The translations under genes and the position numbers were made by a program. A stretch of DNA of 63,880 bases, counting the filler, from an uncultured Acidimicrobiia bacterium (GTDB lineage: Bacteria > Actinomycetota > Acidimicrobiia > Spongiisociales > JAOTWH01), in assembly GCA_964347285.1 (NCBI GenBank). It is 8 parts of 8 records of this genome, joined end to end, with 100 filler letters (N's around TTAATTAATTAA, not from the genome) between each part and the next. Parts side by side here need not be neighbours in the genome. Positions count along the whole stretch, not along the records: positions 26,281 to 34,733 come from CAYFYE010000099.1; positions 34,834 to 43,151 come from CAYFYE010000101.1; 6 more parts are not named here. The stretch is one strand, 5' to 3'. A model generated the notes under the pieces. The model did no database searches. It was not told where the DNA came from and saw nothing but the letters and a program-made list of their open reading frames with translations. Positions 27,618-38,070 of this stretch are shown one piece after another. The number at the start of each line of letters is the position of its first letter. Position 1 is the stretch's first letter.

Positions 27618-28405
27618 GCGGCCCGGTCGTGTCCCTTCAGTCGGTCGGCAAGGTGTTCGACGCCGGAAAGGACGGTGGGGTCGAGGCCCTGCGGGGGATC
27701 GACCTCGAGATCGAGGAGCGTGAGTTCATCTCGCTCATCGGTCCCTCCGGCTGCGGCAAGAGCACCCTGCTTCGGCTGGTGGGGGACTTGACCAGGCCGT
27801 CCAGCGGCCGCCTCGAGGTGAACGGCAAGGCCCCCAGCCAGGCCCGAATGGACCGCGACTACGCCATGGTGTTCCAGCAGGCCACCCTGCTGGAGTGGCG
27901 CTCGGTGGCTCGCAACGTGAAGCTTCCGCTGGAGATCACCGGGATGTCCTCCGAGGAGCGCACGCGTCGCACCGAGGAACTGCTCAGCCTCGTCCAGCTC
28001 GAGGATTTCGCCGACCACTACCCCTGGCAACTGTCGGGCGGCATGCAGCAGCGGGTGGCGATCGCCCGGGCCCTGGCCCTCGAGCCGTCGATCTTGCTGA
28101 TGGACGAGCCCTTCGGGGCCCTCGACGAAATGACGCGCGAGGCCATGCAGATGGAACTGATGAGCATTTGGGGTCAGACCAACACCACCGTCGTCTTCGT
28201 CACTCACTCCATCCCCGAGGCGGTCTTTCTCTCCACCCGGGCGGTGGTGATGTCGCCCCGACCGGGACGCATCACCGACATCATTTCGGTCGATCTGGCC
28301 CAGCCTCGGCAGTTCGGGACTCGGGAGGACCCCGCCTTCTTCGACAAGATCACCGAAGTACGGGAGGCGCTGCGGGCCGCCGAGTCCAAGGTGGAGTCGT
28401 CGTGA
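27614..28405 (+). CDS. ABC transporter ATP-binding protein
   Basis: GPSGCGKS, LSGGMQQR, LMDEPFGALD and VTHS. Confidence 0.95.
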   Translation: MSGPVVSLQSVGKVFDAGKDGGVEALRGIDLEIEEREFISLIGPSGCGKSTLLRLVGDLTRPSSGRLEVNGKAPSQARMDRDYAMVFQQATLLEWRSVARNVKLPLEITGMSSEERTRRTEELLSLVQLEDFADHYPWQLSGGMQQRVAIARALALEPSILLMDEPFGALDEMTREAMQMELMSIWGQTNTTVVFVTHSIPEAVFLSTRAVVMSPRPGRITDIISVDLAQPRQFGTREDPAFFDKITEVREALRAAESKVESS

Positions 28406-29271
28406 GCACCCACGACTTCGAGCACGATCCGGACGTCTACGCCGCCTTCGACACCGATTTGCCCACCGGCACGGCCCGCACCGGCATGATCGGCAGGGCG
28501 ACCCGCCGCTACCTGCCCGCCGCGCTGATCTTCGTGGGCGGTCTGGCGACGTGGGAGATCCTGGTCCGCGTCTTCAGCATCGAGCGCTTCCTCCTGCCCC
28601 GGCCCAGTGAGATCGGCTCGACGTTTCTGAGCGAGTTCGGCACGGTGTGGTCGGCGGGCTTGTTCACGTTTCGGGAGTCGCTGGGCGGGTTCGTCATCGG
28701 CGCCACCATGGGCGCCGGGGTGGCCCTGGCCACGGCCCGCTGGCCGCTGGTGAGGGATGGAGCCCTGCCGTTCGCCATTGCGGTCAACTCCACACCGATC
28801 ATCGCGTTGGCCCCGATCATGAACATCTGGTTCGGAATCACCGACCCGGTGGCCAAGATGGCCGTGGTGGCGGTGATCGTGTTCTTTCCGGTGATGATCA
28901 ACATGGTGCGGGGCCTCACCGAGGTGGACGCCGGCGAATTGGAGCTCATGCGCTCCTACGCCGCCTCCGATGCCCAGACCGCCCGCCGGGTCCGGCTCCC
29001 CAACTCGCTGCCGTACTTGTTCAGCGCTCTCAAAGTGGCCAGCGCCCTTTCCGTGATCGCCGCCATCGTGGCCGAGTATTTTGGAGGCCCCCGGGAGGCC
29101 CTCGGCGTGTACATCAGCCAGCAGGCGGCGCTGTTCCACTTCGCAGAAGCCTGGGCCGCCATCGTCGTCGGAACGATCCTGGGAGTAGCCTTCTACGCCG
29201 CCATCTTGTTGGTCGAGCGGCTGGTCATGCCCTGGCATGTGTCGATCCGGGCCGGCGAGGCGGCTGCATAG
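28402..29271 (+). CDS. ABC transporter permease (NitT/TauT family)
   Basis: STPIIALAP, FFPVMINMVRGL and AIVAEYFGG. Confidence 0.92.
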   Translation: MSTHDFEHDPDVYAAFDTDLPTGTARTGMIGRATRRYLPAALIFVGGLATWEILVRVFSIERFLLPRPSEIGSTFLSEFGTVWSAGLFTFRESLGGFVIGATMGAGVALATARWPLVRDGALPFAIAVNSTPIIALAPIMNIWFGITDPVAKMAVVAVIVFFPVMINMVRGLTEVDAGELELMRSYAASDAQTARRVRLPNSLPYLFSALKVASALSVIAAIVAEYFGGPREALGVYISQQAALFHFAEAWAAIVVGTILGVAFYAAILLVERLVMPWHVSIRAGEAAA

Positions 29272-29316
29272 CCACGTCAATTGAAGGGACCAACGTCCTC
29301 GAGGAGGAGACAACGG

Positions 29317-30477
29317 ATGAGAAACAGATGGAAATGGCGGCTGGCGGCGCTGCTGGCCGTATTGGCGCTGGTGGGCGCCGCCTGCGGCGACACCGAAGAG
29401 GGCGCCGCCGAGGAGCCGGCCGCCACCGAGGCGGAGGCGCCGGCCGAGACCGAGGCGCCGGCCGAGATGGTCGACGTCAAGCTCCAGCTGCAGTGGGTGA
29501 CCCAATCCCAGTTCGCCGGCTACTTCGCCGCGGTGGACCAGGGTTACTACGAAGAAGAGGGCCTCAACGTCGAGATCCTCGAGGGGGCCGTCGACATCGT
29601 GCCCCAGCAGGTGCTGGCGTCCGGGGCGGTCGAGTTCGGCTTGGCCTGGGTGCCCAAGGCGCTCGTGTCCCGTGAGGAAGGCGCCGACATCATCAACATC
29701 GCCCAGCCATTCCAGCGGTCGGGAACGCTGGAAGTGTCCTGGGCCGACTCGGGAATCACCCGGCCCGAGGACTGGGCCGGCAAGAAGGTGGGCACGTGGG
29801 GATTCGGCAACGAGTTCGAGCTCACCGCGGCCATGACCCAGGTCGGTCTGGATCCAGAGACCGACCTCGAGTTGATCCAGCAGCCATTCGACATGTCGCT
29901 GCTGCTCAACCGCGAGATCGACGCCGCCCAGGCCATGACCTACAACGAGTACGCCCAGGTGCTGGAGGCGACCAATCCCGAGACCGGCGAGCTGTACCAG
30001 CCGGAGGACCTCAACGTCATCGACTTCAACGACGTGGGAACGGCGATGCTCCAGGACGCCGTGTGGGTCAACGCCGACTGGATCGCCGACTCGGCCAACG
30101 AGGACATCGCCCGGCGATTCCTCAAAGCGTCGTTCAAGGGCTGGATCTTCTGCCGGGACAATTTCGATGCGTGCGTCGAGATCGTCCTCGAGAACGGGCC
30201 GACGCTCGGCTCCAGCCACCAGGCCTGGCAGCTCAACGAGATCAACAAGCTGATCTGGCCGTCGCCCGACGGCATCGGGATCATGGATCAGGGCCTCTGG
30301 GACCAGACGGTGGCGGTGGCCACCGACCAGGGCGTGATCACGGAGCCGCCCAGTGAAGGTTCGTTCCGCACCGACTTGGCCCAGGCGGCGATCGACGAAC
30401 TGGTTGCCGAGGGCTTCGACGTGGTCGGTGCCGATTGGACGCCGGTCGAGGTCACCCTCAACCCCGGCGGCGAGTAA
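29317..30477 (+). CDS. ABC substrate-binding lipoprotein, NMT1/THI5-like
   Basis: Lipobox GAAC; LQLQWVTQSQFAGYFAA and AMTYNEY; RBS GAGGAGG. Confidence 0.92.
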   Translation: MRNRWKWRLAALLAVLALVGAACGDTEEGAAEEPAATEAEAPAETEAPAEMVDVKLQLQWVTQSQFAGYFAAVDQGYYEEEGLNVEILEGAVDIVPQQVLASGAVEFGLAWVPKALVSREEGADIINIAQPFQRSGTLEVSWADSGITRPEDWAGKKVGTWGFGNEFELTAAMTQVGLDPETDLELIQQPFDMSLLLNREIDAAQAMTYNEYAQVLEATNPETGELYQPEDLNVIDFNDVGTAMLQDAVWVNADWIADSANEDIARRFLKASFKGWIFCRDNFDACVEIVLENGPTLGSSHQAWQLNEINKLIWPSPDGIGIMDQGLWDQTVAVATDQGVITEPPSEGSFRTDLAQAAIDELVAEGFDVVGADWTPVEVTLNPGGE

Positions 30478-30497
30478 AGAGCGGGAAGACCGACGGC

Positions 30498-30529
30498 GAT
30501 GAGGGGCGGGTTCCGGCCCGCCCCTCATC
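30498..30529 (+). terminator. GC-rich hairpin after the substrate-binding gene
   Basis: GATGAGGGGCGGG-TTCCGG-CCCGCCCCTCATC perfect 13-bp stem; no U-tract. Confidence 0.6.
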
Positions 30530-30619
30530 CCCCGGGTGCCGTTTGCGCCCGATGGCCACGGTCGAAGGACCCTTTCTCCTCTTCCCCGGCCCTCGTACCC
30601 TTTGCCGGAAAGGAGGCCA

Positions 30620-31468
30620 ATGGCCGCCCCGGTGTCCTACGCCGAGAACTACGTGCGGCCCTCGTCGCTCGACGAGGTCCTGGCTTTGGTGTCGGCCGGG
30701 GGAGCCCGCATCGTGGCCGGTGGAACCGATGTGATCCTCCATCCCTCGCCCGAGGTGCGCACGCTCGTCGACCTCTCCGCTCTCGACCTCGACTACATCG
30801 ACGGCGATGGCGATCATTTCCGCATCGGGGCCATGGCCACCCTGACCGCCATGCTCGAACACGATGGCCTGGCCGGGCTGCTCGACGGTTTCATCGCAGG
30901 CATGCTCCGTCAAGTGGGCTCGCCACTGCTGCGCAATATCGCCACCATCGGCGGCCATCTGGCCCGGGGTCGCCTCTCCGACGTCATTCCGGTGCTGTTG
31001 GCTCTCGATGCCCGAGTCGGTTTCTTCGACGGCGCCCACCGGGAACTAGATCTGGCCGGCTACTACGGCGGCGACCTGCACCGGACCCCGATGGTGGTGA
31101 CCGAGGTCGTCGTTCCCCGCCCCGGCGGGGAGGCGGCGGCCTCCTTCCTCAAGTTTGCCCGCACCGCCTACGACCTGGCCGCGCTGAACTGCGCCTGCCT
31201 GGTCCGGGTGGAAGACGGCCGGGTGGCCCACAGCCGGGTGGTGATCGGAGAAACCCCCCGGCTGGGCCGTTCGGTGGCCGCCGCCGAGGAGGCACTGACC
31301 GCCAGGCCCCTCGACGGTGACACCATCGAGGCGACTGCCCGCGTCGCAAGCGAGACGGTCGAAGTGGGCGACGATCTGCGGGCGTCCGCCGACTACCGGC
31401 GACACCTCGCCTACGTCCTGACCAAGCGCTGCTTGACCGAGATCTCGGAACGGCTGGAGGCGAGGTGA
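30620..31468 (+). CDS. Xanthine dehydrogenase family FAD-binding subunit
   Basis: AGGTD, RNIATIGG and DDLRASADYRR. Confidence 0.92.
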   Translation: MAAPVSYAENYVRPSSLDEVLALVSAGGARIVAGGTDVILHPSPEVRTLVDLSALDLDYIDGDGDHFRIGAMATLTAMLEHDGLAGLLDGFIAGMLRQVGSPLLRNIATIGGHLARGRLSDVIPVLLALDARVGFFDGAHRELDLAGYYGGDLHRTPMVVTEVVVPRPGGEAAASFLKFARTAYDLAALNCACLVRVEDGRVAHSRVVIGETPRLGRSVAAAEEALTARPLDGDTIEATARVASETVEVGDDLRASADYRRHLAYVLTKRCLTEISERLEAR

Positions 31469-31935
31469 TACACGTCCGCTGCACGATAAACGGCACCGCC
31501 GCAGTCGCTGAGGTCGCCGCCGGGGACACCCTGCTCACCATGCTGCGACGATCGGGCTGGAAGAGCGTCAAAGACGGATGCGCCCGGGGCGACTGCGGCT
31601 CGTGCGCCGTACTCGTGGACGGTCGAGCGGTGACCGCCTGCCTGGTTTTCGCCGCCAAGGCCGAGGGGACCGACATCATCACTGCCGAGGGGCTGGCCCC
31701 CCGCGGCGAGCTCCATCCGCTGCAACGGGGACTGCTCGACAGCGGGGGAGTGCAGTGCGGGTTCTGTACCCCGGGGGTGCTGATGACGGCGGTGGAGCTG
31801 TTCACAGCCGAGCCCGAAGCCTCCGCAGCCGAACTGACCGCGACCCTGGCCGGCAACATGTGTCGCTGCACCGGGTACGTCAAGCTCATCGAGGGGTTGC
31901 TGGCCGGCGCCGAGACGATGCGGGGGTCACGGTGA
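31465..31935 (+). CDS. Xanthine dehydrogenase family (2Fe-2S) subunit
   Basis: GCARGDCGSC, QCGFCTPG and NMCRCTGY. Confidence 0.95.
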   Translation: MIHVRCTINGTAAVAEVAAGDTLLTMLRRSGWKSVKDGCARGDCGSCAVLVDGRAVTACLVFAAKAEGTDIITAEGLAPRGELHPLQRGLLDSGGVQCGFCTPGVLMTAVELFTAEPEASAAELTATLAGNMCRCTGYVKLIEGLLAGAETMRGSR

Positions 31936-34241
31936 GCGAGAAGTTCGACGTCGTCGGCCACAACGAGGAGAAGCTCGACGGGGCGGCCTTGGTGACGGGC
32001 AAGCCGGTGTTCGTGGCCGATCGTGACCTACCGGGGACGCTGCAGCTCAAGATCCTGCGTAGCCCCCACGCTCACGCCCGCATCCGGTCGATCGACGCGT
32101 CCCGAGCCGAGGAGCTCGACGGCGTCGCCTGCGTCCTCACCCACCGCAATACCCCTTCCACCCGCTACACGACGGCGGGCCAGGGCTATCCGGAGCCCTC
32201 GCCCTACGACGCCCGCATGTTCGACACCAAGGTCCGCTTCGTCGGCGACCACGTGGCGGCGGTGGCCGCCGAGAACGACGCCATCGCCGAGGAGGCCCTC
32301 GATCTGATCGAGGTGGACTACGAAGTCCTCCCTCCGGTGCTCTCGATGGACGAGGCCCTGGCCGAAGGCGCTCCGGTGATCCACGACGAGGACGATGCCG
32401 AGCACGTCTGGGACGCGGCCCACAACACGTCGGCCGCTTTGGACGCGCCCGTCGGCGACGTCGCCGCCGGCTTCGCCGAATCGGACGTCGTCATAGAGAC
32501 GACGTGTGAGACCCAATACACCCAGCACGTCCCGCTGGAGAACCACGTGGTGCTGAGCTACCTGGACGAGAACGGGCGACTGACGCTCTACTCGTCGACC
32601 CAGGTGCCGTGGCACGTCCGTCGCATCGTGGGGATGGTGCTCGATCTACCCATTCACCGCATCCGGGTCGTCAAGCCTCGCATCGGCGGCGGGTTCGGAG
32701 CCAAACAGGAAGTCATCCTCGAGCCGATCGCCGCTCTGGCCACACTGCGCACCGGCCGCCCGGTCTTCTGCGAGATGTCCCGGGAGGAGGAGTTCGTCGC
32801 CAGCCGGACCCGTCATCCAATGCGGATCCGGGTCAAGTTGGGGGCCGGATCGGACGGCACCTTGCATGCCATCGAGATGGAGGTCCTCTCGAACACCGGC
32901 GCCTACGGCACCCACGGGCTCACGGTGCTCTCCAACTGCGGCTCGAAGACGCTGCCCCTCTACAACCGAGCTCCCCACGTCTACTTTCACGGCAAGGCGG
33001 TGTACACCAATCTCCCCGTAGGCGGCGCCTACCGCGGCTACGGCGCCAGCCAGGCCTATTTCCCACTGGAGACGGCCATGGACGAACTCGCCGAGCGCTT
33101 GGAGATGGATCCGGTCGAGCTGCGGCGCCGCAACCACATCAGAGTGGGGGAGTCTTCGCCCATCTTCGAGCAGCTCGGTGAGGGACGACCGGGAGTGGAG
33201 CAGACCATCAAGAGCTGCGCCCTCTCCGAGTGCATCTCGGTTGCCGCCGAAGAGATCGACTGGGAGGGCAAGCGGGCCCGGCCCCGGCGCGACGGCCGCC
33301 TGGCCCGGGGGGTGGGCATGTCGGTGCACATGCAGGGCTCGGGGATCCCCCTGATCGACATGGCCGCCGCCACGATCAAGATGAACGAGGACGGATCGTT
33401 CAACCTGTTGGTCGGGGCAACGGACCTCGGCACCGGCTCGGACACCATTCTCGGCCAGATCGCCGCCGAGGTGCTCGGCGTCCCCCTGGATCACCTGGTG
33501 GTGTATTCCTCCGACACCGACGTGGTCGCGTTTGACGTCGGCGCCTACGCATCATCGACGACGTACGTTTCGGGCAAGGCGGTGGAGGAGGCCGCGCTCG
33601 ACCTGCGCCGCCAGATTCTCGCCGTGGCCGGGGCCATGCTCGGTGTCGACCCCGACGAGTTGGAGATCGACGGGGAGCGGGTTACTTCTCCGGGCGGCGA
33701 GAGCGTGGCTCTGGCCGAGGTGGGCACCCGTGCCTTCTACACCCGGGATCAGGCCCAGCTCGCCGCCACCGCCTCTTTCGTACCCGAGGAGTCGCCGCCC
33801 CCGTTCCTGGCCAGCTTTGCCGACGTGGAGATCGACACCGAGACCGGGATGGTGCGGGTGGTGGACTATGTGGTCGCCGTCGATTGCGGCACCGCAGTCA
33901 ATCCCCAGCTGGCCGAGGGACAGGTGGAGGGGGCCATTGCCAACGGCATCGGCTACGCATTGACCGAGCAGTTCCAGATCGACGAGCGGGGCCGGGTGCG
34001 CAACCCCGACCTGGCCCGCTACAAGATCCCCGGTGCGCTCGACCTGCCTCCGATTAGCGTCGTCCTCGTCGAGTCGTACGAGCCGACCGGCCCGCTCGGC
34101 GCCAAGTCGGTGTCGGAGATCCCCATCAACGCCCCCCTCCCCACGATTGCCAACGCCATCTACGACGCCATCGGCATCAGGCTCCGAGAGCCGCCCTTCA
34201 CGCCCGAGAAGGTGTGGAGGGCGCTGGCGGCTCGAGGCTGA
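31932..34241 (+). CDS. Xanthine dehydrogenase family molybdopterin-binding subunit (XdhD-like)
   Basis: RSPHAHA, IGGGFGAKQ, AYRGYG, AYASSTT, GQVEG and GAKSVSE. Confidence 0.94.
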   Translation: MSEKFDVVGHNEEKLDGAALVTGKPVFVADRDLPGTLQLKILRSPHAHARIRSIDASRAEELDGVACVLTHRNTPSTRYTTAGQGYPEPSPYDARMFDTKVRFVGDHVAAVAAENDAIAEEALDLIEVDYEVLPPVLSMDEALAEGAPVIHDEDDAEHVWDAAHNTSAALDAPVGDVAAGFAESDVVIETTCETQYTQHVPLENHVVLSYLDENGRLTLYSSTQVPWHVRRIVGMVLDLPIHRIRVVKPRIGGGFGAKQEVILEPIAALATLRTGRPVFCEMSREEEFVASRTRHPMRIRVKLGAGSDGTLHAIEMEVLSNTGAYGTHGLTVLSNCGSKTLPLYNRAPHVYFHGKAVYTNLPVGGAYRGYGASQAYFPLETAMDELAERLEMDPVELRRRNHIRVGESSPIFEQLGEGRPGVEQTIKSCALSECISVAAEEIDWEGKRARPRRDGRLARGVGMSVHMQGSGIPLIDMAAATIKMNEDGSFNLLVGATDLGTGSDTILGQIAAEVLGVPLDHLVVYSSDTDVVAFDVGAYASSTTYVSGKAVEEAALDLRRQILAVAGAMLGVDPDELEIDGERVTSPGGESVALAEVGTRAFYTRDQAQLAATASFVPEESPPPFLASFADVEIDTETGMVRVVDYVVAVDCGTAVNPQLAEGQVEGAIANGIGYALTEQFQIDERGRVRNPDLARYKIPGALDLPPISVVLVESYEPTGPLGAKSVSEIPINAPLPTIANAIYDAIGIRLREPPFTPEKVWRALAARG

Positions 34242-34343
34242 GGCCGAGCCGGCAGAGCCGGTCCGATCTCCGATACCCTTGCCTGGTCGTCCGGTCCGCC
34301 CGAAGGCGCCCGCGGGGCGCCCGCTGAGAGGAAGGCAGTCGCA

Positions 34344-34640
34344 ATGACCGAAGGCTCACAACGCCCCATTCCCCCGGAGGGAGAGCAGCAGTCGCTCGCG
34401 GCGCGCATCGGCTACGGCCGCCTGGCCCGGCTCGTGGCCCTGGGAGTGCTGGTGGCGGTGTTCGTGGCGTTTGCGGTGCAGAACACCGAATCGGTCGACA
34501 TGGATTTCCTGTGGTGGCAGTTCGAGGCGCCCCGAATCCTCCTGCTCGCCATTGCGGCTGTCCTCGGCATCGCGGTATGGGAGCTGGGAGGCCTCCTGTG
34601 GCGACGCTCCCGCAAGCGCCGGGCCGGCGAGGGCGGGTAG
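34344..34640 (+). CDS. LapA-like (DUF1049) small membrane protein
   Basis: TM-FAVQNTESV.MDFLWW..P-TM with a basic tail. Confidence 0.78.
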   Translation: MTEGSQRPIPPEGEQQSLAARIGYGRLARLVALGVLVAVFVAFAVQNTESVDMDFLWWQFEAPRILLLAIAAVLGIAVWELGGLLWRRSRKRRAGEGG

Positions 34641-34733
34641 GCCGGGTGGCCCAGCCGCGCGGTCAATAGCAGGCCCCGTCACTCGACCAGTCGCAGTGTT
34701 CCCGGGAGGTCCATACGGCGCATCCGTCGGGCG

Positions 34734-34833
34734 NNNNNNNNNNNNNNNNNNNNNNNNNNNNNNNNNNNNNNNNNNNNTTAATTAATTAANNNNNNNNNNN
34801 NNNNNNNNNNNNNNNNNNNNNNNNNNNNNNNNN
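34734..34833. other. Artificial contig linker
   Basis: N44-TTAATTAATTAA-N44. Confidence 0.99.
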
Positions 34834-34976
34834 CGTTCCTTCTACGACCCACTGAACCAACGGGTCCGGGGCTGATTCGGTCTTCTCCATCGGTCGCAGG
34901 TTGAGTCCTGCCGGGCCCACCGGCGAGAGTCCTGGTCAGAAGCCTCTTCATCCCACAGGTCTTCAGGATCTGGGGT

Positions 34977-35093
34977 CGGTTCCCCCAGACCAAGACCCTC
35001 GACGACTTCGACTTCTGCCACCAGCAGTCGGTCTCCCGGACCCAGATCACCCACCTCCACCAGCTCGACTTCCTCCGCGAAGCCCACAACGCC
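34977..35093 (+). mobile_element. istB: IS21 IstB helper ATPase fragment
   Basis: Hand translation RFPQTKTLDDFDFCHQQSVSRTQITHLHQLDFLREAHN; it breaks off just before Walker A. Confidence 0.82.
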
Positions 35094-35547
35094 AGGGCGC
35101 CTCGGCCGGCGGACTGCTTGCTGCCCGCGTGGCGTGCGAGTTGTCCGACCGAGTGGCCGCCGTTGGGACCGGAGCAGGTTTCGGCTTCCCCGATCCCATC
35201 AGCTGCGAACAGCCTGGTCGCGCGGTGCCGGTCACTTCGTTCATCGCTCCCAACGACCCGTACTTCGCGCTCGACGAGGTGATGGCGGCGCACGCCCAGT
35301 GAAGGCGGCGTGGAACAGCTGCGTTCTGGACCCGTCCACCGACGAGGTGACCGCCGGGATCACGCTCACCCGCTGGACCGGCTGCTCCGACGACGCCACT
35401 GTTGAACTGTACGTCGTCGACGGCCTGGGGCATTCCTGGCCGGCCCGATGCCTCCCGACCGCACAAGCGGGACTGTGCGTCCAGCGCGACGAGTTCGACG
35501 GCGGTGCGCTGCAGTGGGACTTCTTCGTGGAGCACCCCATGCCGTGA
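35094..35547 (+). pseudogene. PHB depolymerase/LpqC-like esterase relic
   Basis: ASAGGLLAARVACELSDRVAAV..., then in another frame WTGC...VELYVVDGLGHSWP...WDFFVEHPMP. Confidence 0.68.
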
Positions 35548-35674
35548 GATGCGAGCCGCTGGGTGCATGCTCGCATCTCTCGAGAATGCCCGGCATGTCG
35601 GCCATACAGACCTGTTCCGGGAGGTCCTTGACGGCCTGATAAGGGAGGACCCGCCTCCGGCTTAACTGGTCCGC

Positions 35675-36088
35675 TCATCGCATCACTTCCACGGTCGTCC
35701 TGCCTCCGCGCGATTCCCCCTGACGTATCACATATCCCGTCGTCAGCGGCCCCTGGCGGGAGAACAGCGTCTCGTCCAGCCCAGGGCCGGTCACCTCGGC
35801 GATCCGATCCGGATCGTCGTCGACCAAAGCGGAGCCGTAGGCCACCACTGCGTCGTTGACGGTGTGCCAGCCACAGCGCAGCTCGGCTGCGACCTCGTTC
35901 ACTGTCCGGCCACACCGCCCCACCTGATCGGTCACCCAGCGGCCACCCGACCGTTCAACGCCACTGCGGGTGCGTATCGAGACCCGCAGTCCCCGACCGA
36001 GCTTCGGGTTGTGGGGTGGGGTCGTGCTAGCAGAACCCACGTCGACCAGCGCCAAGCCGCGTCGTTCCGACCCAAAACCGAGACTCGG
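35675..36088 (-). mobile_element. ISL3 family transposase relic
   Basis: RWVTDQVGRCGRTVNEVAAELRCGWHTVNDAVVAYG..LVD.DPDRI..V...GLDETLF. Confidence 0.8.
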
Positions 36089-36559
36089 TCACCTCTCCGA
36101 CTGGTCGTTGACCAGTTCGACTTCGGCGACCTCGACACCGATTTCCTCGGCGCGACCGATCACCGCCACTTCTCCAAGCTCGGTCTTAAGGCGGGTGAGC
36201 CCTGGGACCGAATCCGGCCAAGACTCGAGCCGGTGCCAGGCAAGGACCAACCGCCCAATGGTCTCGACGGGGAGGTGGAGATCACGCTCGCCGAACAGGT
36301 AGAGCAGAGAGGCGCGATTCAGGGCGTCCAGGTTGGCATAGGGCTCGTGGCCGGCGAGGACTCGATCCATGCTCGGGCCAGAGCGGCTCCGCCAATCGTA
36401 AGCGATTTCTGAGGCGGGCAAGTGGATGCCCAACTCGTCAGCGACTCGAAGGACCTCCGCTATCAGGGAACCGCGCCAGTCGACGACCGTACCGAAGACG
36501 TCAAAGAGCAACGCACGAACCCCGGCAAGGCGTTCCACAGCGCCATCATCGCTGATCAA
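36089..36559 (-). pseudogene. Haloacid dehalogenase type II, C-terminally truncated
   Basis: ALLFDVFGTVVDWRGS and AWHRLESWPDSVPGLTRLK, then loss of similarity next to the ISL3 relic. Confidence 0.8.
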
Positions 36560-37025
36560 ACGGGGCGTGTCACGGCGGACTGCCCCGCTATGCCAGGCGA
36601 TGATTCACCTGGCGGTGATTGAGAGTCGGAATGAGGTTAGAAGTGCCTCGGACCTCTGACCTTCCGGCCCGGGCTCTGGGGACATTCGTGAACGCTGGGG
36701 CTTCCCAAGGGATGGGCACTGAGGTCGTGAAAAGACCATGACAGCGGCCGCTCAGGTTGCCCGTTATCTCTCGGTCCTGGGGTCTTTAGTGGGATCCCAG
36801 CTGGCGTGACTATTCGTGACCACGTAGGGATCGTTACTCACCCGAATCAGCTTCTCCATGGCCTTTTGGCCCTACCACCTGCATGCGCACGGTGGCAATG
36901 TTCCCGTCGAGGGATCAGCGAAGGGGTGGGGAATGCGAAAGCCACACTTCATCCTATGCGGCGCAGGGTCAGAGCGGCATGAGACGCGTGGTGCTACTGC
37001 CCGGATCATCTGGAGGTGATTCCCT

Positions 37026-37511
37026 ATGAGGAGATTCACGACTGTTGCGATAGCCGTGCTGCTGCTGGGTGCATTGGCGCCGCAGGCGCTGGCCGGCCCA
37101 CCTGAGCGCTACACCGTTGAGTTCCAGCTTGCTCCCATTCCACCAGACTTCACCACCGGTGTTGCTGACAGGGCATACGTGTGTCCGGTTGACACCCTGG
37201 TCTGCGATGAGGCTTCGGCGCTCGATGTGGGAACCGTCGCCAGTTCCTGGGCCTTCCGACCCAACTTCGAGAGCCGGCGCACCGTGCACGGCGAACATAT
37301 CTTCATTTCCACCGATGGCAGCGGCAGCTCCTTCACGGTCCGATTCCAGGCTGTGCCCGATCCGACAGGAGAAGCCAACTTCAGGGAAAACTGGTCGGTC
37401 GCCGATGGCCTGGGGCGCTACGCCGACCTACGGGGACACGGCCATGGCGCCGTCGACAGCTTCTTTGTCAGCGTGACTCTGAAGGTGGTCAACGCAGAGT
37501 TTGACAGCTAA
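37026..37511 (+). CDS. Secreted hypothetical protein
   Basis: RBS GGAGG; signal peptide MRRFTTVAIAVLLLGALAPQALA; C-terminal WSVADGLGRYADLRGHG; followed by a terminator. Confidence 0.72.
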   Translation: MRRFTTVAIAVLLLGALAPQALAGPPERYTVEFQLAPIPPDFTTGVADRAYVCPVDTLVCDEASALDVGTVASSWAFRPNFESRRTVHGEHIFISTDGSGSSFTVRFQAVPDPTGEANFRENWSVADGLGRYADLRGHGHGAVDSFFVSVTLKVVNAEFDS

Positions 37512-37532
37512 TGGTCAAACCCACCCACGAAT

Positions 37533-37562
37533 GGGACCCCTGCTCCGGCGGGGGTCCCTTTT
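37533..37562 (+). terminator. Rho-independent terminator
   Basis: GGGACCCCTGC-TCCG-GCGGGGGTCCC-TTTT. Confidence 0.72.
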
Positions 37563-37639
37563 CGCCCTCTCTAGGAACACTCGTGAACCCCCGTACACCG
37601 AGCGGTGGTGTCACGTCGGGACGGGAGCCCGAGCAGAAT

Positions 37640-38070
37640 GAATCTCGTATGGGTGTCAAGTGGCTTGTCGGTGACGGGGTTGGGTGCGCGTCGAAGTGGC
37701 CGGTTGCATGCCGGCGGCGGTTCCGGTTGAGCTGGGTGGACACGACAGGGATGAGCCACTCGCTGGCGGCGGGGGCACTCTCGGAGGAAGTCACACCGGG
37801 CCCGTCCGGCTCTGGGTGACGTGGCGGGGTCGGCAGGTCAGTCGTTGCACAGCCCGTGGGTGTGAGCCGGTTCGTTGGGGCCAGACCCCGGCCGGGTGGG
37901 GTCAGGGCGGATCGAGGCAGCTGCTTGAAGACTTCCCGGGCAACGTAGCGCTTGAGAATGCGGGCGACTTCGCCCATGGTCTTACCTTCGGCGAGGCGCT
38001 GGGCCCGGCGCTAACAGGCCCGGTCGTCGTCTCCCGCCCGACCGGTGAGTGCCGTTTCCAGGGTCCGCCG
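37640..38070 (-). mobile_element. Internally deleted IS110-family element
   Basis: RLAEGKTMGEVARILKRYVAREVFKQLP (IS110 transposase C-terminus); downstream CTTGACACCCATACGAGATTC resembles an IS110 end. Confidence 0.65.
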
